A stretch of 64,000 nt of DNA, from positions 517,527 through 581,526 of the forward strand of contig JAAOMT010000439.1 in assembly GCA_016748015.1 (NCBI GenBank), in the 5' to 3' direction. The first letter of the stretch is position 1. Each line of letters begins with the position of its first letter. Below are positions 1 to 13,138 of this stretch, in pieces. A program made the translations under genes and the position numbers. The notes below the pieces were generated by a model. The model searched no databases. It saw nothing but the letters and a program-made list of their open reading frames with translations, and had not been told where the DNA came from. This stretch comes from Geosiphon pyriformis uo1. Taxonomy: Eukaryota; Fungi; Glomeromycota.

Positions 1-329
1 TCTTATCACAGATAGGACTGGACAATAGAGAACATCCAATTGTCTACACTAGTTGCAGCACTAGCCCAACAGAAAAGAATTACAGCACAACAGATCTGGA
101 ATGTCTTGCCATTTATTGGGCCATACAGACTTGGAAACATTATCTCAGTTAACTATTTGACCTATATATTGACCACAAAGAACTTATTTGGTTACTCAAT
201 AATCCACAACTAGAAGGAAAGTATACAAGATGGAGTACTTATCTGCAACAATTCTTACTTAAAGTCTATTACAAGGAAGAATCCAAGAACACCAATGCTG
301 ACAGTTTGTCGAGGATGCTACAAACCTAA
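1..329 (+). pseudogene. Gypsy-A Pol C-terminus (RNase H)
   Basis: Homologous to the RNase H end of Gypsy-B; ends ..NADSLSRMLQT-TAA at 327-329. Confidence 0.85.
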
Positions 330-339
330 TCCCAGATTC

Positions 340-1707
340 ATAAACACACTCACTTATCAACAACTATATCAGTACCTATTGACACTATATTTTAAGGAGA
401 TATTATCTCAACAGAAACAAAGTATTATACAAAAACAAGCCCAAAATTATTTTATTCAAAACAACCAACTATATTGACAAGAATGCCAAAACCATTCCAC
501 TCCACAATGACTAATTAAGGACAGTGAAAGAGAAACTATATTATATAGCATGCATTCAGATCTGACATCAGGACACTTTAACAAAGATGCTACCCTCAAA
601 AGAATACTAAATTTATACTATTGGTCAATAATATACAAAGACATTTTCGAATATGTGCTTAATTGTGATGCATGTTAGCAAAGAGAAGGAGCAAGATCAA
701 CAAAACCACTTTGACCCATTTCAGTTGGAAATCCATTTGATAGAATTGGAATTGATTTGATTGGTTCTCTCTTAATTACATCCAAAGGAAATCAGTATAT
801 CACTATAGCCATTGATTATCTTACAAAATGGCCAGAAGCCAGAGCAATTCAAGTGGCCAATGCCAAAACAGTAGCCAAGTTCATACATCAAGACCTAATT
901 TGCTGACATAGATGTCCAAAAAAATTGTTATTCAATTAAAGAACGCATTTCATCAATAATATGTTAACAGAATTAAGCCAATGGTTTGGTATAAAACGTC
1001 TTTTATTGTTACCATATCACTCACAAACTAATGGACTAATAGAACAGTTTAACCGAACACTGTGTGAAGCACTAGCAAAAATAAGTCAAGAAAATGAACA
1101 AGAATGAGACCTATTCATACCTTTAGTACTCTTTGCATACTGAACACTAAAGCAAAATATGACACACTTCACACCATTCAAACTAGTCTATGGAAGAAAA
1201 GCTACATTACCTATCGAATGAAAAATATTGTCTTACCCAACAAAAACAATTACTGAAGAGAATTTTAAAGCTACCTTGTACCACAGAACATACCAGCTAA
1301 TGAAAACATTAGAAAACAATCGAAAAACAACAGCTGATAACATTAGTAATGCTCAAAAATGACAAAAGGAAAGACATGACAATCACCTACCTGAACAACC
1401 AATGGAATTCAAAATTGGAGACCAGATACTGGTACATCATACAAAAGCTGAGAAACAGTGGAGTGAAAAGTTTGACCCAAAGTGAAATAGTTCATTCCAT
1501 ATACATAAAGCTTTAGGAAATGGAGCTTACAAACTACAATTGGAAGACAAAATTTTAAAGAAAATAGCACATGAAAATTGGTTAAAAATTTATTATGCAA
1601 AACAGGAATCATTGTCATCAGTATCTCAACTAGGAACACAAATTTCATTAATCAGACCAGAAGATATACCACAAGATCTGGAACCAATCATTATTATTGA
1701 AATGTAG
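340..1707 (+). pseudogene. Gypsy-A stand-alone integrase ORF (HHCC, rve core, GPY/F-like region)
   Basis: Single frame with stop mutations. Begins ATA-AAC-ACA (INTLTYQQLYQYL, aligning with MNNHLYKNLSQYL of Gypsy-B IN) and ends PQDLEPIIIIEM-TAG. Confidence 0.85.
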
Positions 1708-1787
1708 ACAACAGACAGCAAATTAAATTGGGGAATTCAAATATATATAGCATCCAAAAAGCAGTAAGAAACAATAGAAATTTCAAT

Positions 1788-2522
1788 ATGAACCTTTCAG
1801 ATCAAATTTTAAAATTATCTAAACAATTATTTGAAACAATTCAAAAATCTTCTGCTCAAATAGAAATAACAATTGATAAAAAAGAGATATGGTACAAAAA
1901 TAAGAGCAGAAAAAAGGAGAATGAGAGTTCAATTAGAACTAAACATTCCCTTCCCTACCCACCACCCGAAAGGCAATGTTAGAGAAAAAATTGCCTTCAG
2001 ATGGGAGGGAAAGAAGAAAGAGGCAAAGAATAAGAAAAAGGTTACAAAAAAAGATACTTGGTTCCTAAGCTTGAAGAAATAAAAGAAGCTTTAGCTTGTG
2101 GAACCAAACTTCCTGAAACAGGAGAGTAGACACCTGACAATGCCCAGGAATGGAAAAAAAGACTTCTTCCAGTATATTAGTTCTACAAAATTGGAGAACA
2201 GCTTGATTTGAAAACACCATACGAAGACCTTAACCAGAAAAAGTTCAACAAAGAAGCAATACAACAAGTAGAAAAGTTTGTAGGAAAAAACAATCTGACT
2301 CTATATTACAAAGCAGTATACTGACTATACACCACTTTCCAACATTGTCCAAACATACTGTTGTATAAATCGATAAAAATGATAATAGTTAATAATATAG
2401 GACAAATTACCAATTGATAGTTCGAAGACCTATGAAAAACAATATTCAACACAATCATCAAACATTACATGAACAAAAACATAGGAACAGATATATATGA
2501 TTTTGCAAGAGCTCAATTCTAA
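1788..2522 (+). pseudogene. Gypsy-A ORF3, unknown function, about 244 aa
   Basis: ATG at 1788 to TAA at 2520-2522 in one frame with several in-frame stops; aligns by eye with Gypsy-B ORF3 (55623-56291). Confidence 0.75.
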
Positions 2523-2537
2523 AAAAGAGAGGAATAA
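2521..2537 (+). other. Polypurine tract of Gypsy-A
   Basis: AAAAAAGAGAGGAATAA immediately before the TGTTAC LTR start. Confidence 0.8.
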
Positions 2538-3562
2538 TGTTACCCGAGTAGAAAAACTAATTCAAAGTTATGAAGAAATGTGACCAAAATATGACATAAC
2601 ACAGAATAGCATGCAATAACATTAGATAATGCGTTATAATGTAGGATAACATGTTATAATGCAGGATAACACAGAATAACATATAATAATATCAGATAAT
2701 ATGTTATAACATAAGATAACTAGTGATAACATAGAAAAATGAAGCAATAACAGAAATAACAAAACAATAGCTAGCAATAGTGAAACAATTGAAAACAATC
2801 CTGTAAAACCAAAAGAATGTATAAAAGCAAGTAGTTGTAGAAGTTAGAAAAGAGGACAGATAGATATGAACTTCTAGACAAGAATCAAATATCCATATCC
2901 CTTCATCATTTATTATCTCCCTTATTTTATCTTCTGAATAAATCAATTATTAAAAAAATCAGAATTATGAATTCATGTTCTTGAACTTTATAGAATTTAT
3001 GTGAATTAACTCTTGTCTTGTACTTTCATTTTAAGACAGATGCTCTTAGCATAACCACCTCAAATAATTAACGATTTGGACCAATCACTCTTGATCATGG
3101 CAATTGACAATATTAATTTATCTTTTTTTCTTTTCTTTTCTTTTCTTTTTCTTTTCTTTTTTCTTTCTTATTTTTTTGTGGAGTGGCAACATAATAAAAT
3201 TGACTATCTGGGAATAGACTTTGTGATAGCTTGGTAAAAAAGGGAAGCTCCCCCTAAGTTTTGGATATTAACATTATTTTGTTAGCTTACCAGAAGGACG
3301 AAAAGACAACACCAGACCCTAATAACTGTGCTTGTTAGCTTGGAAAAGAAAGCTTATATTTACAGAAAATGTTGCAATTGACAAAAGACAAACTCTGTGC
3401 CTTATAACAAAAGAACTCAATGGGTAAATTTACATTCAGAAATAGACTTTCAGAGATGGATAATCAAGACTAAGCCAACAAAATTACATGGAAGACATAT
3501 TCCCAATAATTGAAAGCACTAAACATTACCAGTTCCATTACCCACCAAGTTTACCTCTAACA
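2538..3562 (+). repeat. 3' LTR of Gypsy-A (about 1025 bp), with ATAAC-rich degenerate repeats and a (CTTTT)n tract at about 3122-3166
   Basis: Starts TGTTA after the PPT and ends TAACA, directly followed by LINE ORF2 sequence. Confidence 0.8.
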
Positions 3563-3745
3563 TCGGGTATAGGTGATTTGGTTTCTGTGTCTGTGGGTGT
3601 ATAGTATAGTCCTAGTTGGCTCAAGTGGCTAGTCACGTGTAGTAAAAGCATGATTCACACCTAGTATAAATCATTATTTTGATGTATTGTTACTAGGCAG
3701 TATTTAGACTTCGCTCATTAAACTAATAAAAAATAATAATAATAA
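3563..3745 (+). mobile_element. LINE 3' end (last ORF2 codons, 3'UTR, A-rich tail); target of the Gypsy-A insertion
   Basis: Aligns with 17785-17950 and 62930-63100 (GTGGCT.GTCAC.TGT..GCATGATT..CCTAG..CTAGG..CTCATTAAA). Confidence 0.88.
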
Positions 3746-3978
3746 TACTTTCTATATATTTAATAATAATAATTTTAAGTTTAAAAGTTTTAATAATCTT
3801 AATTTTACATAATTTAAATTTATAATAATTCTTTTTTATTATAACCAAAAATTAACTAATATTGATATTTTTTTAATTATATTTTAAATTTCAATTGTTT
3901 TAACTTTATTTAATTTAAATTATGTTCAAAATTTATTATATTAAAAAATTTAAAGCTTTTTTTATTTTATTTTTATAA

Positions 3979-4540
3979 TATTATAGTTCAAAATTTAGTA
4001 AAAAAATTATAATATAATAAATTATAATATAAAACAATAATAATTTTAAAAAAATAATGATTAATATAGCAGTAAATATTATTTTATAATAACAGCAAAC
4101 ACAATTTTATAATAGTAGTAAATACTATGCTAAAATATCAAAAAAAATTATAATATGTTTTTTTATAAAACTATAAATATATATATATATAATAGTTTTA
4201 ATATTAAAAAAAACAACAATTTTAATAATTAATTCCAAAAATTTAAGCTTTTATTTTAAATTATCTTTTAGTTTTTATTTTAAACAAAATTATTATTCAT
4301 TAATTAAATTTTTTGAAAAAATAATTTTTAATTAAAAATATTTATATTATTATTAATTAATAAAAATTTTATTGTAAAAATTAGAAAAAACACTAAAAAT
4401 TATTACTATTTTGTATTTATAAATTAGAAAAACATATTAGATAATTGCAAAAATATTCTTAAAAAAAACTTTAATATAGCAAATAGATTTTAGATTAATT
4501 TTTAAAAAAAATAAATAAATATTCAATAATTAAAAAATAT
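3979..4540 (+). repeat. Hypermutated partial LTR of the Gypsy-B family
   Basis: TATTATAGTTCAAAATTTAGTAAAAAAATT matches TGTTACGGTTTAAGAATTTAGCAAAAAGAATC (47692); 4350-4535 aligns with 48150-48340, mainly through C>T/G>A changes. Confidence 0.75.
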
Positions 4541-4544
4541 ATAA

Positions 4545-7500
4545 AACTTTTTTTTTGTCTATTCCAAAATCATTAAAGAAAACTGTTAAGAATTCTGGTT
4601 TTAGTGTTTTAGAAGATAGTATTGTTAGCAAAAAAAATTTTACTATAAGATTAAATAAAAGTTTTTGAGATTCTAATACTGATAATATTATTGAATTTGA
4701 TAGTATTAATATAGAAAAAAGTTTTTGGTAAAAGAAATTATTGTCAACTATAATGAAAAAATGTATTCAATAGAGAAGAATCTAACCAAACACCTAAAAA
4801 TTTGCATGTAAAAACCAAAATAGCTTTAAGAACACCATTAAAAAAAATTAATTTTTTGAATAATAATAATAATAATAATAATAATGTCTTATTAAATGCT
4901 CTTTTAGCTTTTTTTTTCTCTCTAAAAAACTTGGTTAATATATCTGTTTAGAAGTTTTTTGCTTTAAATATTGACTTAAATAAAATTATTAGAAAGTTGT
5001 TTTAAAAAAAATTATAGTAATTAAGAAGTTATTTTCAAAAATTAATGATTTTGGAAAAGTTTTTACTCCCTTAAAATTTGCTAAGATTATTTATACAATA
5101 TTTATATTTGAATTAAGGCAAAAGCTGCAAATATTTTTGTAAATATTAATTTAAGAAAGTCAATTATATATTTAAATTAAGCAGTAATAGTAAAGAAAAT
5201 TTTAATTAAGATATTGGCTAAAACTGTATATATTGCACTATCTAAGTTTGGTAAAATTAGATCAATTAAAATACAATTAATAAAAATATAATAGAAAACT
5301 ATAGTAAAATTTAGGCAATCTAATTATATTAATTTGGTCACAACAAACTAATTTATTCTGATTAAAAAAGATACTATATAAGTTGCTAAGGCCAATTTAG
5401 ACAAAAAAACATAAAATGCAAAAAATTATAATAGTGTGCTGTTTTATATACTACTAATAAGTATGAATATTCATAATATTTGAAATTTTATTAAATCTGT
5501 AAATAAAAAAACATGTGCAATAGATTGTTATTTAATTATATATATTTAACAATTATTGTTTTAATTTTGTTGAATTACTAAATACTATACTAGTACTAAA
5601 AAGTACCAATTTATGTTGGTCTTGTTTGAATTCTATTAAGTATATAAAATATAAGAATTTGGATCATATATTATTAAACTGTACTATAAATAAAAAAGTT
5701 TTTCTGATGATTTATCTTGTAAAGTTTTATCAAAAGCAGATAAAAACAAACTAGTTATTATTTATACCAAATATTTAGCTCTTATTGCTGTTCTATCTTT
5801 TTTAATAGTGTCTTTTAAACAAAAATTATTGGTAAATCTTTTTTTTTTGTATGCAATAATCCTTTAAGTTTTGGTTTTTCTTTAAAGATAAAGTCTTTTT
5901 TGCTTGTATTAAATAAAATAAGTAATAGATTTGCTGCTCTTAAGTACAGTTTTATTAATCTTGTAGAGCAAGTTAACAAATTAGCTAAAAAATTAGATAC
6001 ATTTAGACCAATAATTTTTCAGTTTAATTTTGAATGTTAGCTATTGATGACCCTTTTATTACAGAATTAAAGAGCAAACACAATAATAAATAAGGGCTTA
6101 AGTACAGTTATTAATAATAAGACTGTTACAAAAACAGTGTTTTTAAATCAGTTAACTATTTCTAAGTTAGAAAAAAACATAAACAATTTGTCAATTATAA
6201 TTATAGATTTATTGGCCAAGATAAAAAATAATGATTTAAGTTTGGACAATCTTATTCAAAAATAACTAATTTGGTTTGAAAAATTGCAACATGTAATATT
6301 TAAGACATTAATGTCTTTGCTAAGCAAAAAAACATTATTTATTGGCATGTAAATTCAAGTAATATGGTTTTAATCATTATAAAAACAAAATTAAGGCCCA
6401 GTATTAGACCATGAATTATGAGTAAGTTTGATAATATATGAGTTTTTACATCTGGTTTGGATAAAAGTTTTTTTAATATTAAAGTAATTATTATTATAAA
6501 TAATACTTTGGTTTAATATATGTCTAAAATTAAGAAAGTTCTAAACTATTTAATCTTAATTTAATTACTTTTTAAGAATAAACTTTTGATAATAGTTTTA
6601 AATTTGTATATATATATTTCTACTGTGACAAAGACTAAACAAATACTAGAAATAAATACATTTATTATTGAAACAGCTAATTCTAATTCTTTTGTAATTT
6701 TGAGGGGTTTTAATAAGAGTGGTTTTAAAAAAAATTTGAACTATAAAAAATGTTTAAGTTTAAGTCTGGTTAATGTTTTTATAAATTAGTTTTTATTCAA
6801 ACTACTTATATAAAGCAATTCAAAAAGAGTTGTAAGAGTTATTGATTATTTTTTTGTAAATTTGAATATTTATTTTTATTGTCTAAACAGATAGTTGGTA
6901 ATGTTTCTGAGTTTTTTAATATGAATCACAAAACTGTTTTATTCTTGGTTGAACTAGGAAGTTTACTGAATGTTCAAATCAATATTGTTCAAAACAGGCT
7001 AATAAAGATTTTTAGAGATTTAAAATTAGAGGTGCAAATAGCACTAGTTGAAATAGTTTTAGAAATCACTCTTTATTTCTGTTTTCTATAATAAAATGAA
7101 CTTTAATAATACAAATAGTAGTAGTAATTTGAATACAATATAGAAACTTTTAAGGAATATAATAGTAAATTCAGCAAATAAAATATTTTTTAAATATTAA
7201 TATAATAAAACTAAGTGTTTTTTTAATAAACAGTTATCCAAATTTTATAGATTAGAATTATTAGTTGTTAAAATAGTTAAGATCCTGAATATAGAAAACA
7301 AATTAAGATTTAATTGTTTTTTACAAAACTTGACTGGTCACTAATTATAATAAAACTTTAAAAATACAAACTTTAATTTGAAATAGTATAATATTAACTA
7401 GCATATTTTAATGCTTATTAAGAATTAAGAAAAAGTATTATAAGTTTAAACTATATAAATTAAAAGTTGTTAAATCTATAGTTATCAATACTACAATTAA

Positions 7501-7762
7501 GAAAAGGATAGAAAACTTCTGCTTAGATAAAGGCCATATAATCAAAAGTATGTTAAAAAGATTTTTTCACAAGATGATTTTAGATTATTTGATAGTTGAT
7601 AAAAAATTGATTTTAAATTTTATAAGATTAAAGTCAAAATTGATGTAATAATAAAAAGCTGAAATATAAAACAGTTGGTTTTGAAATCTGTTTTTGGAAT
7701 CTGAACAAATTAATATGTTCTTTTAGATTATGTAGACAATTGTGTTTTTTCAAATATCATAA
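4545..7762 (+). mobile_element. Heavily degenerate LINE (ORF1 and APE-bearing 5' part of ORF2), truncated by a Gypsy insertion
   Basis: Recognisable remnants of ORF1 (FSKINDFGKVFTPLKF, IRSIKIQL) and of the ORF2 start at about 6263 (ATAACTAATTTGGTTTGAAAAATTGCAACATGT); colinear with LINE-A 11340-14640. Confidence 0.8.
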
Positions 7763-10250
7763 TATTATTCATAAAAATTAGAAATTATAATAGTAAATAA
7801 AATAGCCAATCAAAAATAAACATAATAAAAGAAAAAATTCCAGGATTTTTCTTAAAGAATTTTAGGATTCCAGAATCTCAGAATTCCAGAATTCCTCTCA
7901 AAAAATTGTAAAATTGCAGAATTTTTTTAAAGAAATTGAAAAATTTCAAGAAATTTCATATAATATAAATTATGTATATATAGTGAAAGTATTAAAAACA
8001 GAAAAAGTAATTTCAAAAAATTCAATTTATTATAATTCAATTCAATAGAGTTTAAAACAACAATACTTCTTTTTTTAAAAAATAGTTTTTTATAACTTAA
8101 AATGAAATTATTTTCATATTAATAAAATTATTCATTATCATTTAATTCATATTATTATTACTTAATTAAAAAAATATTAATCTATTTCACTCTATCAACA
8201 TGAAATGTTGATAAAATTCAATACTTAATTATACTAAAACAATAGCTTTTAATCATAACTATTAACAAAATACCAATTTTTTATTTTATTTTTTATTTTT
8301 TTATTTTTTATTTTTTTGTTGTTTACTAATTGATTAAAAAAATTAAGCACTAAGTATTTAATATTAAAGATAGCCTGATAAAAGACCTAAAAACAAAGAT
8401 AGAAATTTAAAAATAGCTTACTAAAAAAGCATAACTGCCAAAATAAACTGGTTATTATACTGAAAAAAAAATTCACAAAAGAAATCATCAATTGAATTTT
8501 TGTTTATTATACAAAAAACTTAACCAAAACTTTCAGACTCTAAAATCTTCAAAAATTACCAATATTTTTAGCTATTGAATACCAAGTTATAGTTTTGTTA
8601 TTTGTTTTAACACTCTAATTAATTATTTATAACATTTGGTGCTCTTTGTAAAGTATAATTCAACAGAAAACCAGCACTAACATCAACTATTTAAAAAAAT
8701 AGCAGACCAAAAAATCATAGAAAAAAATTATTTAAGATTCATAAAATTCTTATTTCAATATTACCAAATTTATTTTAGACTAACAAATAACTATTGGCCA
8801 GCAAAATTAGCTTTCAATTTCTACATCAACAAAAAAATTAAATTCTACTTAAGAAACCAAAAAAATTCAGAAGTTCTTAGAAATTTCTATAATAAACTAT
8901 TATACAGCACCACACTTTTACCAAACTATCTGTTTGTACTATTAATCACAGAAATAAGCAGAAAAATTGAAAAATACACTCAACAAAGATTTTTTATTAT
9001 CTTTGCAAACAAAAAAAAATTACAAATCTTAGTAAAAACACCAAAAAAAATACAACTGTTTACTTGAAAGAAACCAAGAATTATTTCACTTATTTATTTA
9101 TCATATTATTATATGCTTAAAAATACCATTCAGATAACATCAACAGTTATACTCATATTAAAAACACTATTATCCAAAGTATTATTCTAAAATAATAAAA
9201 AAAAACCAAATTATTAAGAACTTATAGCAATTTTTTTGAAGAATTTAAATTGTAACTAACAACACTATCAAGACTTTAATTACTATTATCTTAACCAAAT
9301 TTTAAATCTACCAGTCATTAAAAAGATACTAATTCAGAAGAAAAAAAAAACAGCAATCAAAGAAATAATAATCAAAACTTGATTTTAGATAACTCAAAAG
9401 TACAAACTCCAATTGTTCAAACTCCACAAAACTCAAACAATTTAAATTCTGTTCTTATTTTTCAGTAAAACTTACTTCCAGTTATTATGATTGATTTATT
9501 AGTTGTACTAATTGCTACATAATAATAACAACTTTAACAAAAATTTTAACAACAACAATAACAATAAAAATTTGTATTAATAACATATACACCTATTATC
9601 AAACTAAAAAAATTCACAGATAAAAAAAATAATACTTAAGCATGACTAAATAATGTAGAAAAAGCCATTACAGCTAATGGATAGAATAATGCCAAAGCAC
9701 TTTAAACTATCTTATACTTTTTTTAAAATACTGTCAATTTGTGGTATCAGAATTTTGTAAACAAATTTCAAGATTTTAATGTGTTTAAAATTGGATTTCT
9801 ATGGTATTTTAATAATAATAATAGTCTAAATTGCTTGTTAATTAGTTTTACCATGATCAAACAAAGTGATACTAAAGCAATTACCACTTATTTGGAACAC
9901 ATCTACAGAAATCTGTGTTAAATTCAAGCAATTAATACCAATTATTTTACAGTATTACAAATTTTAAATCAATTTATTTATGAATTATACAGTAGTTTTC
10001 TACAATAAGTACATTTAATGCGCCTAAATACTTTTTAAAATACAGTTACATATGCCAAAGATTTTGAATTGGCTAAACTCAAAACCAATTACACCTAAGC
10101 CATAAATCTAGTAATAAATAAATTATCTAAATTAAATTTTAAGCTAAAACAATTTAGTAATTCTATTAACCAAAAATTAAAAAATACTTAACTAGTAATC
10201 AAACAATTTATTAGTCTTTTTAATATTATAACAATTCAAAAAACTCTAAT
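7763..10250 (+). mobile_element. Degenerate Gypsy element (LTR-like region plus gag)
   Basis: 9580-10130 translates, with stops, to a retrotransposon Gag (KLKKFTD..WLNNVEKAITANG..LWYQNF..ILNQF) homologous to 49320-49830. 8730-8850 carries the PAxxAF.FYIN motif also seen at 48660-48710. LTR boundaries are uncertain. Confidence 0.7.
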
Positions 10251-10279
10251 TGCTTTTAAAATTAATTTTCAATTTTTTA

Positions 10280-10560
10280 TTATTATTATTTGTGAATTTT
10301 TTTTATCAAACAATAAAACCAGAATTATTAATATTATTATTTAAAACACTCTTTTTGTACTTTTTTTTTGAAAATAAACTTTTTTTACTTAAATTGACAT
10401 CAATATTTTTAACAGCTTTTTTTATAACTATAATACTATTGTTATTAACAATCTTATTATTAAATATAAATAATTTAAAAATATTAAACTAAATAGTAAA
10501 AGTAAATAATAAGAAAAAATAACAAAAACAAAAAACTTTTTTTCTAAAATACAGCTTTTT
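10280..10560 (-). mobile_element. Hypermutated LINE 5' end (ORF1 N-terminus) remnant
   Basis: Reverse strand reads IVIKKAVKN..FSKKKYKKSVLNNNINNSG, matching AVIKKATK..LRKKRKSGVLAESINNSG of LINE-B ORF1. Confidence 0.55.
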
Positions 10561-11344
10561 TAAAAATTTAGGAAATTTAATAATTTAAAGTATAAAAAAT
10601 ACTTTGAAATAAATTAGTCTATTAGAAATTTAATGGTTTTTATTAATAATAAATTTAATAATAAACTTAATATTAACAATATTAAAAAAAAATTAAAATT
10701 TTTAATAACAATATATTTAAATATCAAATTTTTTGTTAATATAACTTTAAAAAAAATAATTTTAGATAAATAATTTTTTTATTTGATTTTTGTTTTGTAA
10801 CTAATTATTAATTGTAAATTTTAATTTATTTTTGTTTTTAAAAATATTTGTATTAAATAAAATGTTTTAATTAAGAAAAATTTAAAATTTAAAATTAATT
10901 TACTTAAAAATTTTTTAATTAAGATATTATATTATTTATTATTATATAATTAAAGTTATTTAAGCAAATTTAAACAAAAAATAAAGTAATATTAATGATT
11001 AATTTTTTGGAATAATAAGAATATTATTAATTATTTATTTATTTAAAAATTTTAAATTAAAATTTTAATAAATTTTTATAGTTTTTAATTAAGTTAAAAA
11101 TTAGTTTTGTAAACAATTTTTTGGGAGAAATTACAATATTGTTTCTTAATTATAATGTTTTTTATAAATAATTTGTTTAATATATTTTATTTTATTAAAA
11201 TTTCTTTCTTTCGTTCTTCCCAAATCCCCAAAAAAAGAGCCAAGAAAGTTTTTTTTTTGAAAGAAGTTTTTTACCATTCAGTATGATAAATCTAAACTGT
11301 TTTTGCTTGATTACGAGGCCACTGTTGGCTCTAGTATTGCTGTC

Positions 11345-13138
11345 ATAAAGAAGGCTATGGAAGGTTCTAGTTCAGGTGGTAGTTTTATGGCTGTTTTGTT
11401 GAGAAAAAAGAGAAGGGGTAGTGTTTTTGAAGATGGTATTGGCATTGAAAAGGGTTCAGATAAAGTGCAGAGTGGTCGTTCATGGGGCTCAGAGGCAGAA
11501 GACACCACTGAGTCTGAGAGTGTTGATATGGAAGCTGAGTGTTTGGTGAAGGAAACTAGTATCGATTATGGTGAGGGAGGTTTTTTTGCTGGTGGAGATC
11601 CTAATCAGACGCCAAAAAGTTCAAGAGTTAAGACCAAGAGTGCACTGGGAAAGCCATTGGAAAAGATATATTTTTTGGGTAGTAATGATGACGATGTTCT
11701 TTCTGGTGCTGTCTTGGAACTTCCTCCTCCTTTGGTCAAGAATCCGGTCAATGTTCTGGTTCAAAAATTGTTCGCTTTAGATATTGGCTTGGATAAGATT
11801 ATTGGCAAAACCTCTCAGGAAAAGTGTGCAGTTGTTAGAAAATTATTTTCAGGAATCAATGGTTTTGGGGGGGCATCTACTCCCTCAAAATTTGCTGGGA
11901 TTATCAGAGCGACATTCACTTCTGAATTGAGTCTAATGAAAGCTACTGATAAAGCTGCGAATGTGAAGATCTTAGTAAATACTGATCTCAAAAAATCATC
12001 TGGGTGATCAGATCAGACTGTGGTCATAAAAGAAATTCCAATTAGAACATTGGCTGAGGCTGTGCGCACTGTGCTATCCAAGTTTGGAGTTATTAAGGCG
12101 ATCAAGATGCAGTTAATCGGGCTGTGGCAGAAGGCAGTAGTGAAATTCGAGCGATCAGATCAGGCTGATTTGGTTGCAGCTGAGTGGTCTATTCTAATCA
12201 GGAAAGATGCTGTACGTGTGGCTAAGGCTGTTTTGGACAGGGAGACATGGGATACAAGGGACCAACATAGGGCACTGCTTTACACATTATCAATGGGGAC
12301 CAATGCTCATAATATCTGGGATTTTGTTAGATCTGTGGGTGGGAAGACATGCATTATTGATCGGCATTCTGTTACGTATGCTTGGGCCAGGTGCGCTGTT
12401 GTTTGCTTCGACTCTGCTGAGTCATTGGATGCTGCTGTGGGAACGACACCAGTACTTAGGAATGCCAATCTCCGCTGGTCTTGCCTCATTTCTGCTAAAT
12501 GTGCCAAGTGTAAGAAGTTGGGTCACATGTCATTGGATTGTGCAGTTGGTGGAAAATTTTCTTCTGGTAGTTTGCTGTGTAGGGTTTTATCAGATATGGA
12601 TAAAAGCAGGTTGGCAACTATCTATGCCAAGCACTCAGCTCCAATTGCCCATCCGGTCTTTTTTGGTGGTCTCTCATGGGCAAAGATTGCTTGCGGATCT
12701 TCTTCACTCCCCATCTCTAGTCAGAATGTTTTGGTGGATAATGGCTCCTCTTCGGAGATGAAGCTGTCCCTACTGGTTACGATGGAAGTCAACAATAGGT
12801 TCGCCGCTCTTGAGCACAGTCTCATCAGTTTTGCGGAGCAAGTTGGTAAGCTGGCTAAGAGGTTGGATGCACTTGGGCCAATGGTTCCCCAGCCTAGCCC
12901 TGGATGTCAGCCATTGGTGACCTCTTCATCACAGGATCAAGAGGTGGATGTAGTAATGAGTAAGGGTTCAGGTGCATCCACTAGTGGTGGGAATGTTGTG
13001 AGAGTAGTGTCTTTCGATATGTCTTCAGTGTCTAAGCTGGAAGACAGCATGAAGTGTCTAATGGAAACAGTTCTGGGCCTTTCAGCCAAAGTGGATAGTA
13101 TAGGTGTGCATTCGGCATCTCTACCTCTTACTCAATGA
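11345..13138 (+). pseudogene. LINE-A ORF1 (gag-like; RRM-like region, CX2CX4HX4C knuckle, coiled coil)
   Basis: One frame with an internal TGA at 12005; contains CAKCKKLGHMSLDC. The start codon is uncertain (ATA at 11345 or ATG at 11357). Confidence 0.85.

Larger units (their letters stand above)
1..3562 (+). mobile_element. Ty3/Gypsy LTR retrotransposon (Gypsy-A), 3' half, degenerate
   Basis: Contains the RNase H C-terminus (..DLECLAIYWAI..KNTNADSLSRM), integrase (PFDRIGIDLIG, DYLTKWPEA, SQTNGLIEQFNRTL), an extra ORF, PPT AAAAAAGAGAGGAATAA and an LTR TGTTAC...TAACA. Many in-frame stops. The element continues off the left edge. Confidence 0.93.

Noticed and set aside
2585-2770. ATAAC-rich periodic repeats (and GAATTCC repeats at 7830-7930) as a CRISPR-like or satellite array
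   Set aside because: Irregular, low-complexity repeats internal to LTR or LTR-like regions, with no repeat-spacer structure.
10250-10492. Hydrophobic L/F/I/N/K-rich ORFs in AT-rich tracts (also 6586, 6879, 18709) as small membrane proteins
   Set aside because: These are compositional artefacts of hypermutated TE DNA.
11200-11345. HDV-like or hammerhead ribozyme in the LINE UTRs
   Set aside because: I could not build the HDV nested double pseudoknot or find the CUGANGA/GAAA hammerhead core by eye.
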